A DNA stretch of 64,000 nucleotides from Piromyces finnis finn. Taxonomy: Eukaryota > Fungi > Neocallimastigomycota. Below, piece after piece: positions 25,139 to 38,917 of the stretch; positions within the stretch are counted from its first letter, which is position 1, and every line of letters begins with the position of its first letter. The notes below the pieces were generated by a model. It made no database searches, was not told the origin of the DNA, and saw nothing but the letters and a program-made list of their open reading frames with translations. The DNA is taken from NCBI GenBank assembly GCA_002104945.1, contig MCFH01000079.1, forward strand, positions 1-64,000. The letters are read 5' to 3'. The position numbers and the translations under genes were made by a program.

Positions 25139-28100
25139 GGCATCAAATATTATAAACTTTATTATTAATTTAATTAAAATTATAATATATGTAATAAAAA
25201 ATTAAAAAATAAAAATAAAAATAAAAAAAATATGTTTAAATAAACACAAATGAATAAAAATCGGGTATAATGTATTCTAGTAATTTTAATTAAAGTAAGA
25301 AAGCCACTATCATACTAAAGTATAATAATTGTATTTGACTTCCAATGGGACACCGAGCCAAAGATCAAAATTTTGTCATGGAACAAAATTATGATCTCCA
25401 TTGGTTGCGCTGGCCCTCCTGGCCTGTCTTACTGTTTCTTCAGCATTGACGCTCTTGGATGTTGCTTCAAACCTTTTGAACATTGACCATTGCTGGCCAA
25501 TAGCAAAAGGCATGATTTTGGTTAGAAGTTCCGCAGTTACCGTCAAGAATGGTGTTCCTTCGTTAGTACCAGATTGAATCTGACGCTTACAAAGTTCTTT
25601 CCATTCCCTTGAATTGTAATTAATATTGTTAAAACTTCTTCCCCCAAGAAGGAATTTAAATATTTTACTGCACACACTAGAATAATCATACACATTAATA
25701 TTCACCGGATTATTAGAACTATTACTATCATTAACTAAATTACTATCTAAATTAGAATTATTATCTTCACTATTGCTATCATTACTAGTATTATTATTTC
25801 TATAACTACTATTGTTATTATTACTATTTCTATTATTACTATTGTTACTATTACTATTGTTACTATTACTATTGTAATTATTATTACTACTATTGTTACT
25901 ATTACTATTAATGTTATTGCTATCTCTACTGATATTAACATTTTCATTATTATTGATAGGACTATTGGAATTACGTTGACTGAAAAAATTTAGTAGCTGG
26001 ACTATGGAATCATAATGTTTAATACGGATATCTCTAAATGTTGGACAATCTAATAACCAATGTTTAATACTTTGATCTCCACACTTGCAACATGGACAGT
26101 AGTTAGGACAAACTGGATCAACAAATTTGGCAGCTTTGGCAACTCTAGCATCCAACTTGTATCCGCTTCTTGCTTTCAATAGCCAGTAGAAGCCATAGGC
26201 AAACTCTGGGTACTCATAACATAATTTAATGAAATCTTTAGTTTCAATAAATTTATTATCATCATAATATTGCGCTTTGATTGAATTCCCTTTGAGATCT
26301 TTCCAATAAAAGTTTTTAATTGCTTTAACATCTTCATGTTTCTTTAATTTTTTATCAAGTGTCCTACTTGATTTGCACCACGTGTATTTTCTAAATTTAG
26401 GAATGTAATTGACAAGGTGTGAGATAATACAATTTGAGTTTTTCCATTTGTTAAAACATCTAACCTGAGCTAACGCACATTTGGCTGACAATGGAGGAAT
26501 ATTCAAATCTTTTGAAATAGAGTATAAAGATATAAACGATACAGCTTTATGAACTCCGGCAACCCATCGTATTCCTTTGTTAACATGCTTCTGAGCAATC
26601 CTAGACCTAGCTTTGTTGGATCCAAGTAATGGTGCAAAGTATGAAACTCTGCTAATCACTTGTGAGTTAAGTACTAGCTTTTTGAAAGGAATAGGAATAT
26701 TAGGATTTCTTAAGAATTTACTGACTGAGAAAAGCCCTTTCAAAACCTTGTTATTAAGAGCTTTAATTACTGGTTTAAGGGACAGATTCTTATCAAATGA
26801 ACACCAAGATAAGTGTAGCAGTCAGTAGTTGGAATGGGTTGTCCTGCTAAGTAAAATGTTGGATCTCTCTTGTTCTGATTTTCTATTGATTCAGGACGAA
26901 TCACCATCGTTGAACATTTCTGTATACCAAATTCCATTTCATTATACAATGCCCATTCATTAACTCTTCTAAGCATCTTTTTTAAGTATCCTCTTGTTGG
27001 AGCACAAATAACTATATCATCTGCAAAAAGTCCACCACAGCATCAAGTGTCACCTAAACTGACTCCGAGATCTTCACACTCTTTAAATATATCATTAATA
27101 AAGAGATTAAAGAGAATAGGAGAAAGAGGGCAACCTTGACGGACTCCTTTCTTCACATCAAAAGATTTCGAGAATTGTCCATCTAATTTGACATTAGCCT
27201 TAGATGTTAAATATAAATTTTTGATGAATTGCAAACTCTTACCTCGGATTCCTAAACAATCTAATTTATGGAGAATATTACCGATTGGGACTGAATCGTA
27301 TGCTTTCCTGAGATCTAAAAAGGCCAAATATGTCTCTTTATTATCTAATTGACGTCTACGGCATATTTCTTGGATTGAAATGAAAAGACTAATACTTTCT
27401 TCCTTTTTTCGAAAACCAAATTGTTCAGGTCTAATGAAATTATTCTTTAAACCATATTCTGAGATTCTAGTGGTGACAATTTTGGAAATCAACTTAATAC
27501 CATTATTGATAAGTGATATACCTCGATAGTTATCACAATCTGTCAAATCACCCTTCTTAGGAATAGAAACAATACTGGATTCATTCCATGAGTTGGGGAA
27601 ATCTCCATCCCAAATACGGTTGAATAATTTAAGAATAAAATTTAAACCATGAGCATCATTATCTGAAGTAGTATTACCAGAAGAATTATTATCTGTAGCA
27701 TTATTAGAATCATTACTTGATGGAACTAATGCTTTGTAAAATTCAATTGGAATACCATCCGGACCTGATGCTTTATAATTTGGAGTAGTGAGGATAGCTG
27801 ACTTGACTTCATCAATACTAATATCTTGGTTGATATCCCACTCATCAAGCATAGGAAGTGAAAAACGTTTATTCGTTGGTTCTTCATACCAATGCTCCAA
27901 ATCAAGACTTACACCACTTGGGTCTGATGCAAGATTTTCGAAATGATCATGCCACACATCTAGTTGTTCTTCCGTAGCAACAACTAATTCTCCATTTTTA
28001 TTTTTAATTGGTTGAGCAATAAAGAAAGAATCTTTTCCAATTTTTGCAGTTTTCTTGATCCATTTCCAGGCCTTCTTAGGATTATGACTCTTCATATACT

Positions 28101-30699
28101 CACATCCTGTTTTAATCCAATGAAGATATTCTTGCTTCCTAAATTCATTACATCTTTTGTGGATGTAATCAATGAGTTTACGGTAGATTTTAATTCTTTT
28201 AATAAATTCATCTATATCATAAATTCTTTCTTTTTTAAATCTCTTATACAACTTCATTTTGATTTTTTGAAGATTAAAAATTTGTTGTGAAATATGAAAT
28301 GAAGACTTTATAACATTATTAGCTGAGGTAATACTGAGCTCGTCTGCAATTGAAAAAGCAGTTGAAGTAAACTCTTTGGAAAGTTCATCTGTAGAAACAT
28401 TAGGATCGTTGAATTTTGCTGAAAGAATTTGGAATTTATTATGACTGAGAATAGATTCCTTTTCCTCAATACATTTTAATCTATTCCATTTCATAATTTT
28501 CTTAGGAACATTAAAGTCATTAGAAAAATCTTCCATAGGAATAATTTTACCATTAATAAGAAGTGGCTTATGGTCTGATACAGGATAAAAATTATTTATA
28601 AATGATCCTGAGTGAATAAGATCTTTCATCTTCGAATTGATAAGAGCATGGTCAATGTCGGAAGATTGATCACCTCGAGTCCAAGAGATAGTAGACCCTC
28701 TAAGCGGAAGAATTTCCCAATCTCCTAATCCATTAGTTGATAACCAGTTGGATAATTTTACTTTAGACATATTAAAATCACCAACAAGAATCGATGGATG
28801 GGATGAATGAGTTTGTAACCACAAGCAAACTTCTAACTTTGCATGATCAACATAGATGTTGTGATGACTATGAGGCATATAAACATTTCCAATCGAGCAT
28901 TTGAATCTATTCCAAAGACTAAAAGTATAAATAGAAATAATATACTTTCCAGAGAAGTTTTCAAGTGAGGCTTGACACGAATTGTGAAAACCTAAATATA
29001 AACCTCTCATTCCCGGAACTGATTCGTCAGCTTTCTTGAAAAAGTGTCTATAGTTTCGCAAAGTAACACGACAAGGATAATCTGTATTCGAACCAGAACC
29101 ATTACCAGTTTCTTGGAAACATAAGAATAATGGTTTGAAAATAGCTGTGAAATAGCTAATACTATCTCTCTTTTCGTGATTCCACCCATTGGTGTTCCAA
29201 CTAAGACAAAAAGAAAAGTTATCAGGCTTGTTGGATGAGGAAGAATCGTTGCTATTATTATTATTATTATTAAAGTCATCATTATTAATGGATGATGCAT
29301 CAGAGGAATAAGTTGAACTATTACTAGATGGCTGTGAAACTGAAGAACTATCAACTATTGAACTGTTATCAGAGTTGATAGAGCTATTAGAATTAATTGT
29401 TGAATGTTGAGATTGAAATTGTGTTTGCTGTATATCTGGAATATTTTCATGATGGGAAACTTGTTGAAGATCTTGTTGAAGATCTTATTGAAGATCGGAT
29501 TGTTGATGAGATTGTTGAACTGATTGTTGAAATGATTGTTGAATAGAATGTTGATGTTTATTAGAAACTAAAATTTTACGTTTGAGAGTGGAAAAAGGGT
29601 ATTTGTGATTCCTTCTACTACGAGCTGAAAAGGAAATTGAGGTAACTGAAAGTTTCTTCTTTAACATGTGTAAGATTTTAATACAATCTTTCGATGAACC
29701 ATGAACCTTGACTAAGAAAAAGTGATCATTGAAAGTCTGAAAATATTTAACACTAATAACTGAATTAAATTTATCTTCTAGAATAACCTCGAGTTTTTCC
29801 CATAGCATATTTACTGACCATGATCGAATACCACGGATAAAGAAGGAGCGAATATCATCTAAGGGGATACCATAAGACCGGGTACCACGTCTGATATAAT
29901 TCTTATCTTTAATATAAAGGACTGACATGATAATTAATTCTAATTAAAAAATATTGAATATAAAATAAATACTAATAAAAATTATAAATATAACGTATAT
30001 GGAAAAAAAATCTGTCTCTCTCTCTCTTCTTAAAAGTACTGGATAGTACAAAAATTGTTATGATGCTTTGTTTAAAGTTTCTTATTTTTTGAATTCTAGT
30101 TGTTAATTTTTTTTTAAAAATTCTAGTTTTGGTTTGTTGTTAGTAAATTCGATTCGCTTTTTGACACTAAACTTGTTTGACTTTACTTTTCATTAAATAT
30201 TTAAATTGGTAAAAAATTTGAATCAAGAATGTCGACACCAGAAAGCTTGTGAATAGTATTTTTACATGATGTAGAGTGAATCAGTCTCTTACAAGAAACA
30301 ATACAACAATAGCTACATGAATATAAAAATACAATGCAAATGCTAAAGTTGACTACATTGGATTCTTACAAGAGAAGAGTAGTACTACATGAATACATGA
30401 ATAAAAGAAAAAATACAGCAACAAAATGTATTACTCTTCTAATTAAATACTATACAAACTTACCTGAATATCAAACATTCAACTTATTCATCAAATACTT
30501 AAATTCGATGAATAAAATGTTTTTTAATCGCTCAGTACCATGAGCTTAGTCCTAATAATTTTCCCTTAAAGACTAACCAAGCATCCATTGCGCAATGCTT
30601 GGATTTAATTCTTTCTACTCTCTCAGTACCATGAGCATGAGTAGACCCCCTCGAGAAACTACATTTATTAAATAAATGAAGGCACGTTCCCAAGAGGGT
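25101..30699 (-). mobile_element. Full-length but inactivated LINE (copy A)
   Basis: Colinear and highly similar to 38872-44444. 13-bp TSD GTAATAAATTAAT (25088-25100, 30700-30712). Lesions: TAA at 29485-29487, CGA>TGA at 27043-27045, and a 1-bp deletion near 26800 (ATGAACACC versus ATGGAACACC). Confidence 0.97.
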
Positions 30700-31211
30700 G
30701 TAATAAATTAATCCTTGTATTTATTATACATTTATTATGAAAAAGGGTAAAAAGGTCTTCAACAAAACCATTAATTTTAATACACTAATTTGATAAAAAA
30801 AAAAAAAAAAAAAGAACTATATTAAATTTTTATTATTAATAATAGATTGTAAAACAAAAAAATTTTTATTAATTTTTTTATAGAGTAATATCAACAAATA
30901 TATAAACTTCAAAGAGAATAAGAGAAAAAAATATTGCTAAAAAAGTTTTATTTATTTACTAATAATTATAATTACATTTTATTATATTTTTTTTTTAAAA
31001 ATAAAAAAAGATAATAATGTAGCTATATAATTGAATTATAAAAATATAACATTATAAAGAAAAAAAAAAAAAGATACATTTTTTTTAATAAATAAATATG
31101 AAATTGATAGTGTTATTACATTAAGATGAATAAGTAAAAAAAAAAAATTCTTTTAATTTCAAAACCTATGGATTAAATTAAATATTATAAATTTTTTGGT
31201 TTATTGTCAAT

Positions 31212-33068
31212 TTAAAAAGCACTGTCTTCACCAGATTCATAGTTAAGTGGAGTTTTAATGTTATTGTTAACTTCTTTTAAATAATCTTCATATTCACTTT
31301 GAGTAAGGTCAGAAGGATTTTTAAGATCTGGGGCTTGAATTGGTGTACCATCTTCTTTATTATTGCTTGGTTTTGGAATAGTAAATCCACTGTCACTGCT
31401 TAATATATTGTTATTGCTACCATTACTATTAGTATTAGTATTTTCCTTTGGTTCGGCACTTACTCCACCACCAATTCCACCAATACCTGGTAATTCAATA
31501 CCTAAAGTTTCAAGGAATGGTACTTCAATATCAATATTTATATCATTTTCAATTTCAGCTTCTGAAGCTGATGGAAGAGTTTTAGTTGCTGGTGGAGTAG
31601 ATGGAGCAGGTGGAGAAATTGGAACAACTGGAGCAGATGGGGCAGATGGAGTAGATGGGGCAGGTGGGGCAGAATTTGGAGTCTTTGGTGGGAGAGTTGG
31701 CTTATTTTCAGTAGTTTCAATTGGTGGTGCATTTTCTATTCCTTCTTCATTACTATCTTTAAGCTCAATTTGATCATATTCAATTTCTGAACTATTAAGA
31801 ATGTCTGCACTATCAACATTGTCTTGTTCATCAGCAGAATCAACATCATTGACAAGTGGAGCATTAACATTAACTTCATCATCAGAATCTTCTGGGGCTG
31901 AAGCTTCTGGAGCTGGAGGAGATGGTGGAGATGGTGGAGAAGGTGGAGATGGTGGAGATGGTGGAAGAGTTTTAGTGGATGGAGAAACATCGGCAATATC
32001 AACATTTGAATCATTGTCAGTAGTGATTTGAGTATTGGTTGTATCTGGTTCATTATATTCAATATCTGAACTATTGCCAATTTCATCATTAATACCAGAG
32101 GCATCAGCTTCATCATCTGAACTGTTACCAGCTTCAGCATTAATACCAGAAGCATCAGCTTCATCATCTGAACTATTACCAGCTTCAGCATTAATACCAG
32201 AGGCATCAGCTTCATCATCTGAACTGTTACCAGCTTCAGCATTAATACCAGAGGCATCAGCTTCATCATCTGAACTATTACCAGCTTCAGCATTAGCTCC
32301 TGAGGCACCATCTTCTTCTTCAGAATTGTTATCATCAACTGGAACAAGAGAATCACCATCAGAACCACCATTACTATTACTACCACTATTAGCTTGTTCT
32401 GAAGGAACTGAAACAGGAGGAATTGTAATTGTAGGAACTGTACCTGAAGTTGAAGTTGGATTTGATGGGGTTACATTAACTGGAATGGTTTTAACGCCAG
32501 AAGTTGAATCAACTGTAGGAGGAAGAGTTTTTGGTGATATTGTTGGAATTGATTTACCACTTGTAGCTGGTGGAATAGTTTTACTTTCTACTGCAGGTGG
32601 GATAGTTTTACTTTCTGCTGCAGGTGGAATAGTTTTACTTTCTACTGCAGGTGGGACAGTTTTACTATTTCCTGCTGGAACATTAATATGACATGGGAGA
32701 GTTTTACTGCTTTGAGGTTGATCATCGTTACTATCAATAATAACATCTGGAACAGTTTTAGCAGAATCAGTAGCTAAAACTGGTACACTCTTAGTCATAC
32801 TTTGAACAGTTTTTGATGATGTTTCAGTAATTTCGTCAGGAATTACATTAGTAAGTTTTAATGTAGTAGATGGAATGGTTTTAGTTGTTGATACTGTATT
32901 TATAAATTCAGATGGAACTGATTTTGTGGTAACATCAGTTGCAATAACTTCACTATCATCTATTCCAATATTAAGAGACAATCCATCTCTTTTATAATAA
33001 ACTGGAATAGTGAAAGTTTTTAAAGTCAATGAGACAATTAATAGAGCCTTTATTATTTTTGAATTCAT
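31212..33068 (-). CDS. Secreted Ser/Thr/Pro- and Asp/Glu-rich repeat protein P3 (618 aa)
   Basis: Signal peptide MNSKIIKALLIVSLTLKTFT|IPVYYKR, with a possible Kex2 KR site. 9-aa SKTIPPAVE-type repeat x4, 17-aa AEAGNSSDDEADASGIN x4, and a PPSPPSPPSPPSPP tract. Confidence 0.9.
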   Translation of the reverse strand: MNSKIIKALLIVSLTLKTFTIPVYYKRDGLSLNIGIDDSEVIATDVTTKSVPSEFINTVSTTKTIPSTTLKLTNVIPDEITETSSKTVQSMTKSVPVLATDSAKTVPDVIIDSNDDQPQSSKTLPCHINVPAGNSKTVPPAVESKTIPPAAESKTIPPAVESKTIPPATSGKSIPTISPKTLPPTVDSTSGVKTIPVNVTPSNPTSTSGTVPTITIPPVSVPSEQANSGSNSNGGSDGDSLVPVDDNNSEEEDGASGANAEAGNSSDDEADASGINAEAGNSSDDEADASGINAEAGNSSDDEADASGINAEAGNSSDDEADASGINDEIGNSSDIEYNEPDTTNTQITTDNDSNVDIADVSPSTKTLPPSPPSPPSPPSPPSPPAPEASAPEDSDDEVNVNAPLVNDVDSADEQDNVDSADILNSSEIEYDQIELKDSNEEGIENAPPIETTENKPTLPPKTPNSAPPAPSTPSAPSAPVVPISPPAPSTPPATKTLPSASEAEIENDINIDIEVPFLETLGIELPGIGGIGGGVSAEPKENTNTNSNGSNNNILSSDSGFTIPKPSNNKEDGTPIQAPDLKNPSDLTQSEYEDYLKEVNNNIKTPLNYESGEDSAF

Positions 33069-35916
33069 TGCTATTATTAAATTATTTGTAAGTGAATTAT
33101 AATAATTTGAATATATTACAAAATCTTTATTATTTTTGCTGTATTTTAAGAATAACTTTGTTTTTATTTAGGATAAAAACTTGTCTAAAGTATTATTTAC
33201 AGTAAGTATGTTTTTTAATTATTAAATTTGTCTTGATTATTATTATATTATAATTTTATTATATAAACATAAAATTATATTATGTCGCAATAATAACAAG
33301 ACAAACTAAATGGTATATTATTTTTTTGTGTGTTAATATATTATAATAGATATATACAAAAATAGTTTAAATTAGTTTTTCCAAATATACCAAGCTTTTA
33401 GCTATACACAATTACTATTAACATAAAAAAAGTTGAAAAAAAAAAAAAAAAAGAAAATAACTTTATTTATTTCTTTTTTAAAAATAATTATTAAAAGTAT
33501 ATATAAAAACTCTAATTATTATAAAAATAAAATTTTTCATTATTATCTAATATTAATGTTTATACTTTGTAATCAATACAATATTAATATATTATTATTT
33601 ATATCATTATTTTAACATAAATATATTAAACTATATTGAATGGGAATGGAATATTATATATAATAATAAATATTCTTCAATATATTATAATGTATTGAAT
33701 ATGAATAATATATTTCTATATATAAATTATAAAAATTATTATTAAAATTTAATTAAGATGATTTTTTTTAATTAATATTTGACTTTTTTGTAATATATTG
33801 AAATAATTAAAGAAATTTTCAATATTCAAAAAATATATATATCTAATAGAAGAAAAAATGGTATAATGAATCCTAATAAACATTTATTAACGGTAATTTT
33901 TCATTCTATCGTCTTTTATGATGAGATTCCGTTATATTTTATATATTTAAAAAGACAAAAGATGATTGTTACTAAAAGAAATAATAGTTTATAAATTCGT
34001 AATAAAGTAATAAATGTTTATGTAACAAGGAAAACGGTAAATTATAAATTTTTTTTACAAAAAGTACTATATAATATATAATATATATATATGTTTCATT
34101 TTAATAAAGACAGAAAAAAATTTCCTATTAAAATTTTTTATCTATCTTGTATAACATATTTTGTTAATTATTATAGATACTGATAATATATAATTGGTTA
34201 ATTTTTAATAATTATAAAAAAAAAAAGTTAAAGGATAAGGTTTTCATTCAAATATTAATAATAAAAGAATAATGTTTAAAAAAATGTTAAAATAAAACAA
34301 TTGAACATAAATAAAGTTTATGAAACTATTCAATATTTATCAAATTTAATATATAATTAAATATAGAGTTGCCGCATTAAAAATTTTCCATTTTTAAAAT
34401 TTAACATATTAAAAATTTTATGTTACAATTATTTTTTTTTTTTTCTTAAACATAAATTAGTGTACTTTACAATTCAAATAAAAAAAAAAAAAGGAAGATA
34501 TAAGAAGGTATTTCAATTATAAGAAAAGTTCAGAAAATAAGTTCAGATTTAATATGTTAAAGTTTAAATGAATAGATTTATTGTTTAGTTTGGTTAAATA
34601 TAATGCTTTTTTTAAAAAAAAAAAAAAAAAACATAAAAGTATAACATAGATAAAAAATATAAAGTTAAAGTTAGTCCTTCTAATATTATAATTTATATAT
34701 TTTCCTCATCCATTTATACAATTATATTAATATTTCTTTGTTAATAATGAATAAATCTTTTTTTTTTTATCAACCGTTTTTTCTTTTCTTTTCTTTTCAT
34801 TTTCTTCAATATTATTCATTCATTATTAATATATTAATATTAATATTTATTAATATTTATATTTTTAATGTTATTTCATATTCTTAATCTCCTTAAATCT
34901 ATCCTTCTTTATAACCTTTGTAAAGGATAAAAAGACTCTTTGATTTCATTAAAAAAAAAAAAAAAATACAAGTTAAAAAAAGGAAAATGTTACCGTTTTT
35001 AATTTATAAATGATTATCCTATTAATTAAATTATTTTTAAACATATTAATTAAAATTTATATTATAGAATATTAAAATTTTTTGGTTAATGATCATCATT
35101 AAATTTATTTATGTATATAATGTATATGTAATATAAAATTTTGTAAATAATAATATGTGATTATTTTATTAGGTTGAACTTGTTTTTTAAAGCTACATTC
35201 ATTTATTTTACATGAGAAAAAAAAAAAAGTATCGCTTCTTTATCTATTGTTATTTTTTAATAAGAAATTTATATGTCGAATTACCTTTTTATAAATTATC
35301 AATAGCTTTTGTTGTAGAATTTATATATATATATATTTTTTTTCATACAGTTGATTTATAATAGTTAATTATTTATTATAAAAATTTATTAAAAAACAAT
35401 AGTTTTATTGACTTATCCATTGCTTTCTTTTTTTATCAATAAAATGTCAAAGTCATTAATAATAATATCCTAAAATATTTTTTTTATTACACCCATTTCT
35501 ATTTCATTTTTAAAAGTCAACATTTATAATTTTATTAACACTGTATATCCTACTAAAGAGACGACACTTTATGTTTTTAAAAACAATTGAATTATTAATT
35601 TTTATAAATACTTTATAAAATGTTTATATTTATTATTATAAATTATGAATAATAAAAATATTTCGTTTTCTATTTCCTAAATAAAAATAATTTACTGTAA
35701 TATTAAAAAAAAAAAAGATGTACTAATAATAGTCAAACTATGATATATAATAATTATTTAAAAAATAAACCATTTATAATATAAACAATAGGTTATATTT
35801 ATAAATTGTTTAAATTTTTTATTGATATTATTTGTATTCAATTAAGTGTTAAACTAAGAATTGATGATTTAATGATATTTTTAAAAGTGGAATTGTATGT
35901 ATTATAGATAGATAAA

Positions 35917-36411
35917 TTAGTTAATAACTGGAACATCAGCATCTTCATCATATAATTCAAGAGTGATTTTAGAGGTATCGAATTCAGTTGTACTAGCGGT
36001 ACTACCAACGCTTTTACCATTGCTATTGCCATTGTTGTTATTACCAAGACCCCACCAGTCATTTCCCCAATTCCATCCATTATTGTTATTATTGTTGTTG
36101 TTATTTTTATTATTGTTGTTGTTATTGTCCCACCAATTGAATGAATTTATTTTGTTATCATCCTTTTTCTTGTCTTTTCCATCATTTCCCCACCAATTAT
36201 TATTAGCAGCATTATTATTAGCCCAGTTGTTACCTCCCCAGCCACCGCTGGTAAAGAAGTTATCAAAGAAATTGTTATTGTTATTTACGAAAAAGTTAGA
36301 AAAAGTACTAGTAATACCTGGGAATTTGAAACCATTAAATGGGACTGGCATTGTCTTAACAAGGTATAAGACATTAAGAGCAAAGAATAATAAAGTGATT
36401 TTGTAATTCAT
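35917..36411 (-). CDS. Small secreted Asn/Trp/Gly-rich protein P4 (164 aa)
   Basis: Signal peptide MNYKITLLFFALNVLYLVKT|MPVP. Core GGWGGNNWANN...NNWWGNDGK...NWWD...GWNWGNDWWG, then an acidic end YDEDADVPVIN. Confidence 0.85.
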   Translation of the reverse strand: MNYKITLLFFALNVLYLVKTMPVPFNGFKFPGITSTFSNFFVNNNNNFFDNFFTSGGWGGNNWANNNAANNNWWGNDGKDKKKDDNKINSFNWWDNNNNNNKNNNNNNNNNGWNWGNDWWGLGNNNNGNSNGKSVGSTASTTEFDTSKITLELYDEDADVPVIN

Positions 36412-38866
36412 TTTGACAATTTATTATTTATGTGTAGAATAAAGAGTTGTAATTATTTTACTATTTAAATAATTAATTAATATTAACCAAAATTTAATAT
36501 GAATTCTTTGTGTTATTAATAAATTATCTTATTAAATATTTTCCAGTTTTTATTTTTTAAATAATATTTTTATTAATAATTCTGAAAAAATAATGTTAAA
36601 ACAAGATAACTTATTAACAAAAGTAATGTTGATTATTTTTAAAAAAAATTAAATAATTGTAGTCTTTCTTATTCTTGTTTAGAAATTGATTAATTATTAA
36701 ATTAATTTACAAATTAAATATAAAATAAATACAAATAAATAAAAAATATTATTTACAAAATTTACAATATTCTAAAGAATAATGAATTAATATTTTACAA
36801 ATATTAATGATTTTTATTTAATCTCTTCAACTTTTTTTTAAAACTAAACATTGAAAAAAAAAAAAAAAACTATTTTGGGTATTTATTTATTTTTTTTTAA
36901 ATAATATAAATATAGTAAATATTAAATATATAAAATAGTATTTTCAATATTAAATTTAATATATATATAATTATGTCAATTCTACATATATTAAGGATTT
37001 TAATATTCTATTAATTTTTTTTATATTATTCTGTAATATTTCTTAATTAATAATTAATAATGAAAACCCTGGGCATATAATATTCTATTATATTAAAATA
37101 GAATCACATCATCACATCCTCTTTACCTAATTAAATCCTATAAACATATTAAATATTGAAATATATTATAAATATATTATTTCAATTAAATTTAATATAT
37201 TATTAGTATTTTTATTTATAAATTTATTAAAATAAATTAAATTTTTTTTTCTACAATACCTAAATAATTATTAAAAATAATTATAGATAGTAGTTAATCA
37301 ATAAATAAAAATATATATATAATGAATAATATATTAAAACTTACACGATTTACTTGAGTAACCTTTTTTTTTATTTCTATTTTTAAATAAATTAATTATT
37401 TGCGGTAAGTCAAATTAAATGTGCCACATATGAAAATCTCAATAAATGTTTAAAGGGTTAGTATATCAACAAGTTTTTTTATTTAAAATAATATTTTTTT
37501 TATATAATTTTTCATAGTTGTGGTTGTGGTGGTTGAAATAAAGAACTCTAAATATTATAAATAATAAATATATAGATTCTACATTAATATATTTTATTAA
37601 AGCTTGGTTTAACAAACTTATTAATATTTTCCAATAATCCTTAAATAATTTCAAAAGACTTAACATAATGGTTGAACGCTTTTATTTTATCTATAAATAT
37701 CAACCACTTTATTATTATTGAAATTTATTATTCCAGCTATTTTTAATTTCTATACATACTTTTAAGCATTTATTCTTAACAAATAATTATTAAAAAAAAA
37801 AACTTTTTTAACAAATTATTTAAAGGAAATAACTTTTTTCATTATCAAATTCTAAATATATAAAATTGTTAAAATTAAAATTTACAGATCAATTCTTTTC
37901 TTTTTAATATAAATACATGAATACACCTATATTATTATAAAATAATGAAAAGAAAAAAGAAAAAAAAAGAAAATTTAATATAAAAAAAAGAGAAAAAACT
38001 AATATAATGAAAAATATTATTTTATTATTATTTCTTTAGAGTATTTTTATTAGTGTTACAAATATTTCATTATTATAAATTATTTTTTAATATTATTTTT
38101 AAAATTTTAATATATTTGAACATAAATTTTTTAAATGCTTGTTATTCATATGTTACTGATCATAAAATTAACTTTTATTATATTATGGAATTATCCTTTT
38201 ATATAAACAAGTATTCCTTTTTTTTATTTTTATTTATTTATTTATTTACGAAAAAAGGGAATAATAATAATAAAAAAAAAGAGGTAAAAATATAAAATTA
38301 ATGATTTTATCAAATAGTAATCAAATATTATCAAAATAAATTTAGGGATATAATAATTTTGCTTTATTCAAATCATCCTCCTATTCTCCTATAATAACGT
38401 GTAAAATGTTATTATAATCCTTATTTATTAAATAATAAAACTTTGTTTAATAGATTATATAATATCTCTCTCTTTTTTCTTGTTAAATAAATTTATCGAT
38501 CAAAGTTTTATATTATTTAATAAACAAGTAAAAGAAATATATATTATATATGTTATATGTATACTTTTATAAAGTTAAGTTATTTATTAAATATTCATTT
38601 TAGGTGTGTAAAAGAAAAACAAATTTTATCATTACTTTATTTTTTTTGAGTTGGTTTATTTTCTTTTTTTAGTTTTTATATAATTAATAATTTAAATAAA
38701 AAAAATGTTTGTATAATAAAAAGATATAATGTTAAACAACAACTATAGAAAATTTTATATATATATAAATTTTTTTTCTCAATTGCGAAAGGTATAATGA
38801 AATTTTATAAAATTAAAAAAAAAAAATGAAAGATATAACATATTCTAGTAATTTTAATTAAAAATA

Positions 38867-38871
<5 letters not shown>

Positions 38872-38917
<46 letters not shown>

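Noticed and set aside
29485-29928. 147-aa ORF in copy A as a genuine separate ORF1
   Set aside because: The intact copy B reads through, the stop is one transition from the repeat's CAA codon, and copy A has two other lesions. Kept only as a caveat.
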